Source of the DNA: a virus
Taxonomy: Duplodnaviria > Caudoviricetes
Reading direction: 5' to 3' (one strand)
DNA length: 41,178 bases
Virus record (IMG/VR): IMGVR_UViG_3300038393_000726
Span: 1 to 41,178 of that record
The notes under the pieces were generated by a model. That model worked only from the letters and a program-made list of their open reading frames with translations. It was not told where the DNA came from and ran no database searches. Shown one piece after another: positions 17,183-26,300 of this stretch. The first letter of the stretch is position 1. The number at the start of each line of letters is the position of its first letter. The translations under genes and the position numbers were made by a program.

Positions 17183-17522
17183 GACGTGCCAGCGGTTTGT
17201 CTCTGGGTCCGTCGAAGGGCAGAGCATGGACTTCGCGCCGGCGCCACCACGCTTCGGACAAGAGGCCCGTCGCAGGCAGGAGGAAATGGGCCGCAAGCGC
17301 AGCCTGCCGCTGCCTCTATACTCCCCCGGCCCCAAAGCACCCTTCCAGGTTCGCCAGGAGAAGCGCAGGGCAGAATACGCAGACAGGCCGGTCATCGAGG
17401 CCAACGTGCCGCTGGATCGCTTCATTGCCCTGTCCAGAGCCAAGCAATTGCCGACAGGGGCAATCTGGGTCGCGACGATGGGAATTCTCGGGCCAGCGCA
17501 TAGCGCAGAAAGGGCCGCGTGA
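17052..17522 (+). CDS. Putative helicase loader/inhibitor-like protein
   Basis: Follows the replication gene; AI...C.RF..G......FAP.P..F pattern; function inferred from position. Confidence 0.55.
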   Translation: MDQQAFKELTRMLESFPQTSGNPDLTVSAYELAVHGLSSQAIIETCQRFVSGSVEGQSMDFAPAPPRFGQEARRRQEEMGRKRSLPLPLYSPGPKAPFQVRQEKRRAEYADRPVIEANVPLDRFIALSRAKQLPTGAIWVATMGILGPAHSAERAA

Positions 17523-17716
17523 TGCTCATCGCTTATGCCGGCAAGCCGCCAGAAAAGCGTAGGTCAAATCTCGCCTACCGTCATTTCCTTCTCGGCCGGG
17601 ACACGGCGGCAATAGCCTCGATGCTCCGCGTCACGGAGCCAACCGTTCTCAAGTGGATCACAACCGAGCGCTGCATACAGCGTTCGTTGCCGATCCCGTA
17701 TCTGTCCAAGGAGTAG
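17522..17716 (+). CDS. Small HTH protein
   Basis: GRDTAAIASMLRVTEPTVLKWI. Confidence 0.65.
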   Translation: MLIAYAGKPPEKRRSNLAYRHFLLGRDTAAIASMLRVTEPTVLKWITTERCIQRSLPIPYLSKE

Positions 17717-17719
17717 CAC

Positions 17720-18196
17720 ATGCAGGTGTTTGCGTATCGAGCAACAGAGAGAGGCATTCGGGAGCGCATGGCGGCAACCGTGGAAGACGAGCGGTCAAGA
17801 CGACTGGCTGCGCAGCGGGCTGCCTATGAGGCTGAATTGGCGGAAAGAGAGCGCATTGAACTAATCCGTGCCGAAGCGGCTCAGCGCGCCAAGGCTTATG
17901 CACAGGAATTGCGTCTAGCCGGTTTCCGCTATCGTCCGACGGTGGCCGACATCGAGCGCAAGGCCATGAGGGTTTTCAGCGTCTCGAAGAAGGATCTTAA
18001 CGGCAACCGCCGCTATCGCGAGATCGTCTTTGCTCGCCAGTTCGTCATGTATTGGGCCGTGAGGCTGACACCGCTTTCATTGCCTCAGATCGGCCGACTG
18101 ATGGGTGATCGTGACCATACGACTGTGTTGCATGGCTCGGATTCCTATCCTGAGAAACGCGCGGCAATGGGCAGAAATCTGCGGAGGGTGAGATGA
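17720..18196 (+). CDS. DnaA C-terminal (domain IV)-like DNA-binding protein
   Basis: RYREIVFARQFVMY and SLPQIGRLMGDRDHTTVLHG. Confidence 0.88.
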   Translation: MQVFAYRATERGIRERMAATVEDERSRRLAAQRAAYEAELAERERIELIRAEAAQRAKAYAQELRLAGFRYRPTVADIERKAMRVFSVSKKDLNGNRRYREIVFARQFVMYWAVRLTPLSLPQIGRLMGDRDHTTVLHGSDSYPEKRAAMGRNLRRVR

Positions 18197-18384
18197 GCGA
18201 TTCGTACCAAATTGTTGCTGTCTGTGGCGTTCTTTCGATTCTAGGTCTGATCCTTAGCGCGGCCATCGCCGGTATCGGCTTTGTTTGGGATAGCGACGGG
18301 ACGATGAAGATTGCCGGATCTTTCGCGATTGTTTGCGGGGCTGTTTTGTTCGCGGCGATTGTACTGTCGTCTGGCCATAATTAG
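18193..18384 (+). CDS. Two-TM small membrane protein
   Basis: Two hydrophobic helices; ATGA coupling. Confidence 0.6.
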   Translation: MSDSYQIVAVCGVLSILGLILSAAIAGIGFVWDSDGTMKIAGSFAIVCGAVLFAAIVLSSGHN

Positions 18385-18394
18385 CGGAGACACC

Positions 18395-18844
18395 ATGGGC
18401 AACGCCGCCTATACCCTTTCCGTCCGCCGCCTGGAAGATTTGGACATCGTTGACCGCATGTCCCCCAGCCTGCGCGCATGTGTCCATGAATTTGGTCTAC
18501 CGATCGTCAGGATCATGACGAAGTTCGGCATCCGCGACCCTCGGCACATTCGAGAGATAGTGCGTGAATGCTGGCTTGGAGGCAGGCAGGCGGGGCAGAA
18601 GTCGGGAGCGTTCAATACGCTGGACGTAATCCTGGCACGCGGTCCCGTGTCCTCAATGCAGCTTCGACGCATCCTCGAAGAAAACAACATGGCCATCGTT
18701 CGCGCCGAACCAACGCGAGCGATGATCGAAGCCAGCATGGCAGAAGTCAGCGGGCACAACGTGCTCTGCACTCGCGAGGAAAAGCATCGGCGCCGGCTTC
18801 GAGCGGCAATTCGGGCAGAAATGATTTTGGCGGAGACACCATGA
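18395..18844 (+). CDS. Hypothetical protein
   Basis: GGAG SD before ATG 18395. Confidence 0.7.
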   Translation: MGNAAYTLSVRRLEDLDIVDRMSPSLRACVHEFGLPIVRIMTKFGIRDPRHIREIVRECWLGGRQAGQKSGAFNTLDVILARGPVSSMQLRRILEENNMAIVRAEPTRAMIEASMAEVSGHNVLCTREEKHRRRLRAAIRAEMILAETP

Positions 18845-19023
18845 CCAAGGCAGCAACAGTCATGACGTGGTGCGGTCGGAGCATGGCCGACATGTCCAAG
18901 CGCGAACTCCTCGAAGTGATCGAGCAATTGGTCAAAGCGCAACAGTCAGAACTCGAATACGTCCGGCAGTCGCGGGACAAATGGATGAAGGCGGCATTTG
19001 AGCAGGCGAGGGCAGCGGCATGA
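18841..19023 (+). CDS. Hypothetical protein
   Basis: GGAG SD, coupled on both sides. Confidence 0.65.
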   Translation: MTKAATVMTWCGRSMADMSKRELLEVIEQLVKAQQSELEYVRQSRDKWMKAAFEQARAAA

Positions 19024-19658
19024 CGTGGTACGCTATCAGAACATACCCTGGCGCGCAGCTCCCCCAACGCGAGTACGCTGTGGAAACCACCACGCTCGGT
19101 GCGGACGGTCGCCCGCGTGGCAAAGGCTACAGGATTGTTCCCAGCCTAGATCCGAACGTATCGGCAGTCGAGCGCGCGCTGTCTAACAACGGCTTCAAGC
19201 ACTACATGCCAGTTGAGCGCCGGCTAGTCCGCGACCGCAAGAAGACTGACCTATGGAAGCCTCGCCGGTTCGCGCTCCTTCTCGGCTATGTGTTCGTTGA
19301 GGATGTCAGCGATTGGGTGACGCTGGAAGCCACGCCCGGAGTTGCGAGCACGGTTCGGTCGATGGGCAAGCCGATGCCAATTCCTGTGGGCGAAATCGCC
19401 CTTCTGCGGGAAATGGAAGCCGAGGCTGAGGCGAAACTACAGCGATTGATCGAGCAGCGTGAAGCCGCAGCAAGACGCCTTCCGCGCCGCAAGACAAACA
19501 GCCTGTTTCCCAAGGGTTCGTTGGTTGAAGTCACGAGAGGCCCGGCCGAAGAACGGCACGGCATTGTCACCGGCACGGATAGGGAAGGGCGGTTGCGCCT
19601 GCTCATCCAAAGCCTGGAAATGTCTGTCCCGATGGACGCGGTGAAGCTGGTGGCGTGA
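19020..19658 (+). CDS. NusG/RfaH-like transcription antiterminator (late regulator)
   Basis: WYAIRT, LLLGYVFV, G.PMPIP..EI and KOW motif GSLVEVTRGP; in the lambda Q position. Confidence 0.88.
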   Translation: MTWYAIRTYPGAQLPQREYAVETTTLGADGRPRGKGYRIVPSLDPNVSAVERALSNNGFKHYMPVERRLVRDRKKTDLWKPRRFALLLGYVFVEDVSDWVTLEATPGVASTVRSMGKPMPIPVGEIALLREMEAEAEAKLQRLIEQREAAARRLPRRKTNSLFPKGSLVEVTRGPAEERHGIVTGTDREGRLRLLIQSLEMSVPMDAVKLVA

Positions 19659-19882
19659 TGGATGAACCGTTGGTAAAATTTACGATGATGACTGGCACAA
19701 AACGGCTGGAACCGGTCCAATATAGGATCGTGGAAATCGCGCCTAAGCAGGCGCCATGGTGGGCGTTTTGGCGCAAGCCCGACAGGCAGTTCGTGATCGA
19801 CGGTGACTATGCAAGCCTCGGCCCTTTCAGCCGGGAAGGGGCGCAAAACGCGCTAGATCTCATTAGGCTTTATAGCCGTTAA
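19658..19882 (+). CDS. Hypothetical protein
   Basis: TGATG coupling. Confidence 0.55.
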   Translation: MDEPLVKFTMMTGTKRLEPVQYRIVEIAPKQAPWWAFWRKPDRQFVIDGDYASLGPFSREGAQNALDLIRLYSR

Positions 19883-19889
19883 TAGCCTC

Positions 19890-19918
19890 TTGCCATGGAA
19901 ATTAAATTCGCATATATT
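19890..19918 (+). promoter_or_regulatory. Putative late promoter
   Basis: TTGCCA-N17-TATATT in an AT-rich gap just after the antiterminator gene. Confidence 0.65.
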
Positions 19919-20032
19919 TTCGCGAGGTGATTTGCGGCGACGACTGGGACCAGTCCCGATTGCCACATGGCGGCGCTAAAAAAGCGATTCCGCTGCAAGC
20001 CCTTAACTCGTCCAAAAATTGCAAGGTTGTTG

Positions 20033-20518
20033 ATGCGTCGATCCTGGCCGAAGGAGGATCAACTCCGTTTCCTGGAGTTGGCCCCTGAATATACCGGTGA
20101 CGATTGCCTGACTTGGCCATATGGGACGGACAGCAAAGGGTACGGACGCATTTCTCTTGACGGGAAGGAGCGCATCGTATCTCGGTTAGTCTGCAAAGCC
20201 GCGCATGGTGAACCGCCGACGCCAAAGCATGAGGCCGCGCACTCCTGCGGTAAGGGACATCTAGCCTGCATCAACCCGCACCATCTGTCTTGGAAAACCC
20301 CAGCGCAAAACCGAGCGGATTGCATCGTTCACGGCACTCATATCCGAGGAAGTGACCATAAGGTCGCGAAACTGGACGCCGAGCGAGTGCGGACGATAAG
20401 ATTGGAACTTTTGCGTGGCGTTCGACAAAAGGATCTCGCCAAACGGTTCGGGGTATCACGAGGAACCGTCAGCGATATCGCCAGCAGACGCCTATGGGGC
20501 TGGCTGGACGCAGCCTGA
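20033..20518 (+). CDS. HNH-type endonuclease with C-terminal HTH (start could be 19967)
   Basis: CLTWPY, GYG, EAAHSCGKGHLACINPHHLSWKTPAQNRAD; QKDLAKRFGVSRGTVSDI. Confidence 0.85.
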   Translation: MRRSWPKEDQLRFLELAPEYTGDDCLTWPYGTDSKGYGRISLDGKERIVSRLVCKAAHGEPPTPKHEAAHSCGKGHLACINPHHLSWKTPAQNRADCIVHGTHIRGSDHKVAKLDAERVRTIRLELLRGVRQKDLAKRFGVSRGTVSDIASRRLWGWLDAA

Positions 20519-20625
20519 TCATCGTCACATTTCACAGTTTGCAGGCCCCAGCTTCGCTGCAATCAGCATAGCTTACGGATTAAGCGCCGGACACTCGGCC
20601 GCCTGCAATCCACCCAGGAGAACAG

Positions 20626-20796
20626 ATGCTCGACCTCCTCGCGAAGCTTACGGGCGGTCGCCCAATGAAACTGATCGGCTTCGAGTTCACCGATGTTGTG
20701 GTCAATAGGCCAGTCTTCAGTTGGCGCGACAGGATGGGTCGATGCTGGCTTGCTCATGGGCCGTGGTCGCTGTTTCGACTGTCCATAAGCCGCTGA
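20626..20796 (+). CDS. Hypothetical 56-aa protein
   Basis: AGGAG SD. Confidence 0.55.
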   Translation: MLDLLAKLTGGRPMKLIGFEFTDVVVNRPVFSWRDRMGRCWLAHGPWSLFRLSISR

Positions 20797-20797
20797 C

Positions 20798-20974
20798 ATG
20801 CCAGAGCCACGGCAGATCACCGAGATAGCCGAGCGAGAAGCGGCGCTGTTCAAATCAGAGCAGGCCGCTCGATTCCTGGAATGCGCCATCAATCTCTGTG
20901 CTGAAAGCATGCCGATGGCTTCGGTGCTCAAGCTTCTGGAAGACCACGCCGAAATCATTCGGATGTACGAGTGA
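20798..20974 (+). CDS. Hypothetical 58-aa protein
   Basis: Tightly packed between neighbours. Confidence 0.55.
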   Translation: MPEPRQITEIAEREAALFKSEQAARFLECAINLCAESMPMASVLKLLEDHAEIIRMYE

Positions 20975-21069
20975 TGCCGTTCTGGATCATCCCGACCGCC
21001 TGCATAATCGCTGCCTTGATCGTTGCGGCAATAAACGCGTCTGACGGCGGCGGCGACTTCGATTGGTGA
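20974..21069 (+). CDS. 31-aa single-TM peptide
   Basis: TGATG coupling; hydrophobic core, acidic tail. Confidence 0.45.
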   Translation: MPFWIIPTACIIAALIVAAINASDGGGDFDW

Positions 21070-21079
21070 GGATACTCGC

Positions 21080-21193
21080 ATGGGCGTTGGCACGGTTGTC
21101 CTGATCGTTCTGGCCGTCATGGCCGGCTCAGTGCTGCTCATCAGCGGCTTGCTGTGGGCGCTCGAACTGCTCGCGAGCCAGTACAAAGACTGA
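21080..21193 (+). CDS. 37-aa single-TM peptide
   Basis: GAGG SD; hydrophobic. Confidence 0.45.
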   Translation: MGVGTVVLIVLAVMAGSVLLISGLLWALELLASQYKD

Positions 21194-21300
21194 TGCGCAA
21201 GCCAGCCTATTACTGCCCAGAGTGCGAAGAGTGCGTCGGCTATGTGGGCCGGTTCTTTGCCTTCCTGTTCAACAAATTCCACCGTTGTAGGAGAAAGCAC

Positions 21301-21570
21301 ATGCCCGTGAATCTCGACAGCCTCGCCGCCAAGATGAACACCATTGCAACCGAAATGGCCGCCATGAAGGCAGAGCTTGCCAATGCCGCCTCTGTCCAGG
21401 CGCAGAATGATCAGCTCAAGGCTGAGCTGGCTACCGCTCAGGCATCGCTCGATGCCGCGAACGCCGCTGAAGCCGCCGCGCAGGGCCAGGTAACGCAGCT
21501 CGAAGCTCAGGCGGATGCAATCCTCGCCGACATTCCCCAGCCCGCTCCGGCCGCTGCACCGGCTGCCTGA
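21301..21570 (+). CDS. Ala-rich coiled-coil protein (possible longer start at 21193)
   Basis: AGGAG SD, heptad pattern, strong GC3 bias. Confidence 0.75.
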   Translation: MPVNLDSLAAKMNTIATEMAAMKAELANAASVQAQNDQLKAELATAQASLDAANAAEAAAQGQVTQLEAQADAILADIPQPAPAAAPAA

Positions 21571-21707
21571 TCATGTTCTACGTTTTGCCGCACTTGGTGC
21601 GGTTGCGTCCTCAAGCAAATCAGTGTACGAAAAACTCTCCAAAATCACTTCTGCCTTCGCTCTCGGTCACGCTAGATCAAGTCCCCGAGAGACGCTGGCA
21701 ACTCAAG

Positions 21708-21739
21708 AAAGGACCGGGCTCTCACCCCCGGTCCTTTTT
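21708..21739 (+). terminator. Rho-independent terminator inside the late operon
   Basis: AAAGGACCGGG-loop-CCCGGTCCTTTTT. Confidence 0.8.
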
Positions 21740-21805
21740 GCGTTTACCAGGCGACGCGAAGAAATCATTAATCTAAGTCCGCGTCGCTGTACAGGAGGCA
21801 CTTCA

Positions 21806-22048
21806 ATGAGCGAAGATCCCAACGCCGCAGTCATCTCTGCCGCACAGACAGCCGCATCTGATGTTGGAACGGCTGTTTCAACCGCAGCATCATCCGTCGC
21901 CACTGCTGTCCAGGCAGATGCAGAACGCCTTGCGGTAAAGGATGAGGCGAAGGCGGAAAGCTGGATTCATCGCGAGGTTGTCGCGATCGAGGCCAGGATT
22001 GCCGCCCTGTTCGCCGAAGCCAAGGCGCTTCTCAAGGCTCATCTGTAG
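21806..22048 (+). CDS. Ala-rich small protein
   Basis: AGGAGG SD. Confidence 0.7.
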   Translation: MSEDPNAAVISAAQTAASDVGTAVSTAASSVATAVQADAERLAVKDEAKAESWIHREVVAIEARIAALFAEAKALLKAHL

Positions 22049-22054
22049 GCCGGT

Positions 22055-23287
22055 ATGAGCGGGGAAGAGGGCAGCGGCTACCGCACGCATAACCCGCTGC
22101 GGAAACAGCTCAGGAGTGCTGTCTACAGCCCGCTGGATGGCAAATGGGTCTCACGGACCGGAACGATTGCCGATTTCCCATACGAGATCAATTTCGTTGC
22201 TGGCACCGCCAGGGGCGGAACGCAGCCCTACGGCAACAACAACAACGACGGTCGGTTTTTTCGCGACAGTGGCGTCTCTCAGGCGGCTTTCATTCCTGAT
22301 GCGACCGGAGCCCTAGTCTCGACTGCTGCGGCCGGCATGCGCCGCTCCAACAAGGGCACGCCGTCGTTTGCCAATACGGGCATGGTCGGCCTGTGGAACC
22401 GTGATCTCACGAACGCCGTCTGGACCAAGACCAACATGACGGCCTCTAAGACGGCGACAGGCGCCGATGGGGCGGCCAACGCTGCCACCAGGCTGACAGC
22501 CACGGCAAACGCCGCCACCTGTACACAGGCCGTTACGGTTGCATCTTCGCAGCGTGTCTTCGAGCCTATGATCCGGCGCGTGTCCGGGACAGGCCAGGTC
22601 ACGATCTCTATCGATGGCGTCGCCATCACCGACATCACAGCGTCGCTCACATCGTCCTACAAGCCGTTTATCTCGGCCGCGCTCGTCACCAACCCGACCT
22701 TCGCCATCAACATCGCCACGTCGGGCGATGCCATCGACGTAGACTTCGCCAACGCGCATGGTCAGGTCGGCGGCCTGGACATCGGTTACTATCATTTCGT
22801 CACGATCACATCGACATCTTTCGGGTCGCTCTTCCACGAGACGCCATGGGCGCTCAACACTGATGCCGGCCCGCTGTCCTCGATCATCAAGGGAGCCTAT
22901 GCGGTCTATTGGCAGGGGTATAACTACGTTCCCAATGCCGGCGGGCTGTGGGTTTCGGATGGCGTCACCAGCGGCCAGTTAATTGCAGGCAACAACGTCA
23001 CCCTCGCTGCTGGTGTCAACCTCAATACGACTGGTGGTGAGTGGCGCACAGGCGAAAATGTCAACAAGGTTGCAGCTTGGCTGGATGCTTCCGGCAACAT
23101 GGCGCTCTGCGTTAACGGGGGCGCAGTCTACACGCGCTCGGGCGGTTCTCTTTCACCATCGGCAACCCACTTCGTGCTCTCTAACAATGGCGCTGCGACG
23201 CTGCCGCTCTGCGGCTGGACCGAACGTTTCGCCATCGGCGCCAACCTGACATTCACCGCTGCGCAAATGCAGGCAATGACGACTTAG
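22055..23287 (+). CDS. Putative virion spike/fiber protein with carbohydrate-binding-like beta domains
   Basis: Gly/Thr/Ala/Asn-rich beta composition; LWNRDLTNAVWTKTN motif; late operon. Confidence 0.6.
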   Translation: MSGEEGSGYRTHNPLRKQLRSAVYSPLDGKWVSRTGTIADFPYEINFVAGTARGGTQPYGNNNNDGRFFRDSGVSQAAFIPDATGALVSTAAAGMRRSNKGTPSFANTGMVGLWNRDLTNAVWTKTNMTASKTATGADGAANAATRLTATANAATCTQAVTVASSQRVFEPMIRRVSGTGQVTISIDGVAITDITASLTSSYKPFISAALVTNPTFAINIATSGDAIDVDFANAHGQVGGLDIGYYHFVTITSTSFGSLFHETPWALNTDAGPLSSIIKGAYAVYWQGYNYVPNAGGLWVSDGVTSGQLIAGNNVTLAAGVNLNTTGGEWRTGENVNKVAAWLDASGNMALCVNGGAVYTRSGGSLSPSATHFVLSNNGAATLPLCGWTERFAIGANLTFTAAQMQAMTT

Positions 23288-23297
23288 GAATCCAGAC

Positions 23298-23594
23298 ATG
23301 GCCAGTCAGACATTCAGGCAGTCAGACACGCTCGCCGCGTCCGGCGCCAGTACACCGATTGTCATCAGTTCGGGATGGCTTCAGACCAATGGAACCTGGA
23401 CTGGATCATTCAACCTCCAGACCGGGCCGAACGACGATGGCACTTGGTCGAACTTCACCGACGCTTCTGGCAACGTAATCACGTTCACCGGCAATGCCAA
23501 TTGTCCGCTGAACAACGGCATCGCCATGAACATGCGGGTGAACTGGACGCGCACCACGGGCACCATCACCATCAATGTGACCGGCAATCGCTGA
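23298..23594 (+). CDS. Small beta-sandwich virion protein
   Basis: GTWTGSFNLQ..DDGTW..F motif; AGGA SD. Confidence 0.6.
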   Translation: MASQTFRQSDTLAASGASTPIVISSGWLQTNGTWTGSFNLQTGPNDDGTWSNFTDASGNVITFTGNANCPLNNGIAMNMRVNWTRTTGTITINVTGNR

Positions 23595-23812
23595 TGTATG
23601 GCTGGCTTGTCCTGACGCAGATCCAGAAGGACGCCCTTGTAGCAATCGGGACCGCTCCCGATCTAGCGCCACGGCAAATTGTTACCTCCGAATTGGCTGG
23701 CAAATGGGCCAGTCCGGCAAGTCTCCTTGACGACCCAAAGTATGCGGAGTGGGCGCAAGGGCTTTCTTTCCTTCCGCTCCGCACCCTGAGCGCCACCGCG
23801 CTTTTCTCCTGA
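23594..23812 (+). CDS. Hypothetical protein
   Basis: TGATG coupling. Confidence 0.6.
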   Translation: MYGWLVLTQIQKDALVAIGTAPDLAPRQIVTSELAGKWASPASLLDDPKYAEWAQGLSFLPLRTLSATALFS

Positions 23813-23883
23813 ACCCTGAAACCCAGTCCTGAAGCACAGGCCCAACCGGCCTGCTCAACATCCATGTCGAAAGGAAAATTGAA

Positions 23884-24465
23884 ATGGCCGGACTTTACAC
23901 CGCTGGCGTCCAGACTGACAGCCTCATCACCGGTAGCGAGCACGTCGCGCTCGATACCTTCCTCCCGAGCGGCCAGAACCCGCAGACCGCCAAGCTCTCG
24001 CTCGTGCGTCTGGCGATGGCCGTCACCTACCTCTCCAACAACGCGAGCACGACCCCTGTAGCCGGCACCCGCTATTATGTCGATACCTCGGTCGGCACCG
24101 ATGGCACGGTTGTCACCGGCATCCGCGCTCTGATCGGCGCTGCCGGCGGCACGGACAAGTTCATCTTCGAACTGCATGACTCGACCGGCGCTTTGGTGGC
24201 CACGACCGCTCTTGCCGGTGTCGTCGTCGGCTCCGCCAATACCTGGCAGGCAATCCCGTTCACCGCTCCCGTGACGGTCAATGCCGGCGTCTACTTCATC
24301 GTCGTCCAGTTGAACGGTGCGGTTGCTGCCAAGTTCGCCACCTACAACGCTCCGGTCACCCCGCTGCTCACTGGCTCGGCAACCGGCACGTTCGGCACCT
24401 CGGCCGCGATCACCCCGCCGACCACCTACACGGCCGGCGTTGGCCCTGTGGCGATGCTGTACTGA
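23884..24465 (+). CDS. Putative abundant virion (decoration) protein
   Basis: AAGGA SD, very strong C-ending codon bias like the coat gene, beta-rich. Confidence 0.6.
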   Translation: MAGLYTAGVQTDSLITGSEHVALDTFLPSGQNPQTAKLSLVRLAMAVTYLSNNASTTPVAGTRYYVDTSVGTDGTVVTGIRALIGAAGGTDKFIFELHDSTGALVATTALAGVVVGSANTWQAIPFTAPVTVNAGVYFIVVQLNGAVAAKFATYNAPVTPLLTGSATGTFGTSAAITPPTTYTAGVGPVAMLY

Positions 24466-24474
24466 GGATGATGG

Positions 24475-24951
24475 ATGAGCGCGCCTGTCGGCAACCAATT
24501 CTGGAAAGCCAGAAGCAGCCATGGGCGCGCTCCCATATTTTCCAGTCCTGATGATCTTTGGACGGCGTGTGCCGAGTATTTCGAATGGGTCGAAGCTAAT
24601 CCGCTGTGGGAAGACAAGGTCACGTCCTTCCAGGGAGTGAACACTCACGAGCCGATAGCCAAGATGCGCGCCATGACCATTTCGGGTCTGTGCATCTTCC
24701 TGGACATCGATCGGGCAACTTGGGCTGACTACGGGAGGCGCGAAGGTTTTTCCGCCATCACAACGCGCGTAGAGGAAATTATCCGCACTCAGAAGTTTGC
24801 CGGGGCGGCTGCCGACCTTCTCAACCCTAACATCATCGCCCGAGACCTCGGCCTTGCCGACAAGTCGGAACTATCTGGGCCAAACGGCGATCCGATCAAA
24901 ACTGATGTGAAGTTTGAGATCGTCCTCGTCCCATCAAAGGCATCGGACTAG
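24475..24951 (+). CDS. terS: Terminase small subunit, P22 gp3-like
   Basis: [33 protein letters not shown] and [18 protein letters not shown] closely resemble P22 gp3. Confidence 0.95.
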   Translation: MSAPVGNQFWKARSSHGRAPIFSSPDDLWTACAEYFEWVEANPLWEDKVTSFQGVNTHEPIAKMRAMTISGLCIFLDIDRATWADYGRREGFSAITTRVEEIIRTQKFAGAAADLLNPNIIARDLGLADKSELSGPNGDPIKTDVKFEIVLVPSKASD

Positions 24952-24953
24952 CA

Positions 24954-26300
24954 TTGGGCGACGTATCGCTTAAACGAGCAGAGTTTCCCGAGAAGCTCTC
25001 CGTCCTCTTCCAGCCGGCACCCTACAAAGTTCTGCATGGCGGACGCGGTGGCGCCAAGACGTGGGGCATCTGTCGCGCCCTATTGATCCTTGGGGCTCGG
25101 AAGGCGCTAACCATCCTGTGCGCCCGAGAGTTTCAGAACTCAATCGAAGATTCGGTCTACAAGAACCTGTGCCAGCAAATCCCGATCTTGGGGCTTGAGG
25201 GGCACTACGAGATCCAGGCCACCAAGATATTTGGTCGTCCGGGGACTACGGCAGAAGGGACTGAGTTTTCGTTCAGCGGCCTTCGTCGCAACGTCAAGAG
25301 TATCAAATCGAGGGAAGGCGTCGATATCCTCTTTGTGGAAGAGGCGGTCGATGTTTCCAAGACGACATGGGACACGGTTGTCCCGACATTCCGCAAAGAC
25401 CCTCCTTACGGGCCTTTCGGTCAGGGTTCCGAAATCTGGATCAGTTTCAACCCTGAACTTGAGACCGACGAGACTTACGCTCGGTTCGTGAAGAACCCGC
25501 CGCCTGGAGCGGTGGTGGTTCCGATCAACTGGCGCGACAATCCGTGGTTTCCCGAGAAGCTTCGTATCCTTAAGGACACCGCGCGGGAAAACGACCCTGA
25601 CGGTTATCTGAATATCTGGGAAGGTCACTGCCGCAACTCACTCGACGCAGCGGTTTATGCGAACGAGCTTAGGAAGGCCCAGGAAGAGGGCCGCATCTGT
25701 AATGTTCCGTATCGAGAAGGCATCCCGGTTAGCGTGTTCGCTGACCTTGGCTATGCCGACTTCACATCGCTCTGGTTCGTCCAGAAAGTCGGGATGAACG
25801 TTCACGTCATCGATTTCCACCAGGACCAGTTTCAATTCTGGCCACACTACCTGAAGCTGCTCCAGGAAAAGCGATACTACTACGACAAAATCTGGCTCCC
25901 GCATGACGGAAGTCACAAGGATATCAGTCAGGTAGAAGCAGACAAAACGGTTCTAGGTCAAACCAGAGCGGCTGGCCTGAAGGCCGTTACCGTTCCGAAT
26001 GTGACCGTAGCGGATGGCATCAACGCGGTTCGCACGGTGTTCCCGTCGCTCTACTTCGATGAAAAGAAGTGTGGCGATGGGCTGAACCACATCAGGCGCT
26101 ATCGCTACAAGATCAAGGATGCTGGAAGCGCCGAACAATCGCATTCGCGTGAGCCGGTCCACGATGACGCCAGCCACGCGGCTGATGCGCTCCGCTATCT
26201 CGCGGTAGGGTTCAAGGAAGGCGCCAAAGAGCGCAAATCCAAGCTGCCGCCGCCACGCACCTCATCAGTCTCGGGAATGTCGCAAGGTTGGATGAGCTGA
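24954..26300 (+). CDS. terL: Terminase large subunit (PBSX/Sf6-like)
   Basis: GGRGGAKT Walker A, LCAREFQNSI, ILFVEEA Walker B, SFNP, ADLG and SHAADALRY. Confidence 0.95.
   Translation: MGDVSLKRAEFPEKLSVLFQPAPYKVLHGGRGGAKTWGICRALLILGARKALTILCAREFQNSIEDSVYKNLCQQIPILGLEGHYEIQATKIFGRPGTTAEGTEFSFSGLRRNVKSIKSREGVDILFVEEAVDVSKTTWDTVVPTFRKDPPYGPFGQGSEIWISFNPELETDETYARFVKNPPPGAVVVPINWRDNPWFPEKLRILKDTARENDPDGYLNIWEGHCRNSLDAAVYANELRKAQEEGRICNVPYREGIPVSVFADLGYADFTSLWFVQKVGMNVHVIDFHQDQFQFWPHYLKLLQEKRYYYDKIWLPHDGSHKDISQVEADKTVLGQTRAAGLKAVTVPNVTVADGINAVRTVFPSLYFDEKKCGDGLNHIRRYRYKIKDAGSAEQSHSREPVHDDASHAADALRYLAVGFKEGAKERKSKLPPPRTSSVSGMSQGWMS

Noticed and set aside
21573-21776. 67-aa ORF across the late terminator
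   Set aside because: No SD, not protein-like, and it runs through the terminator hairpin.
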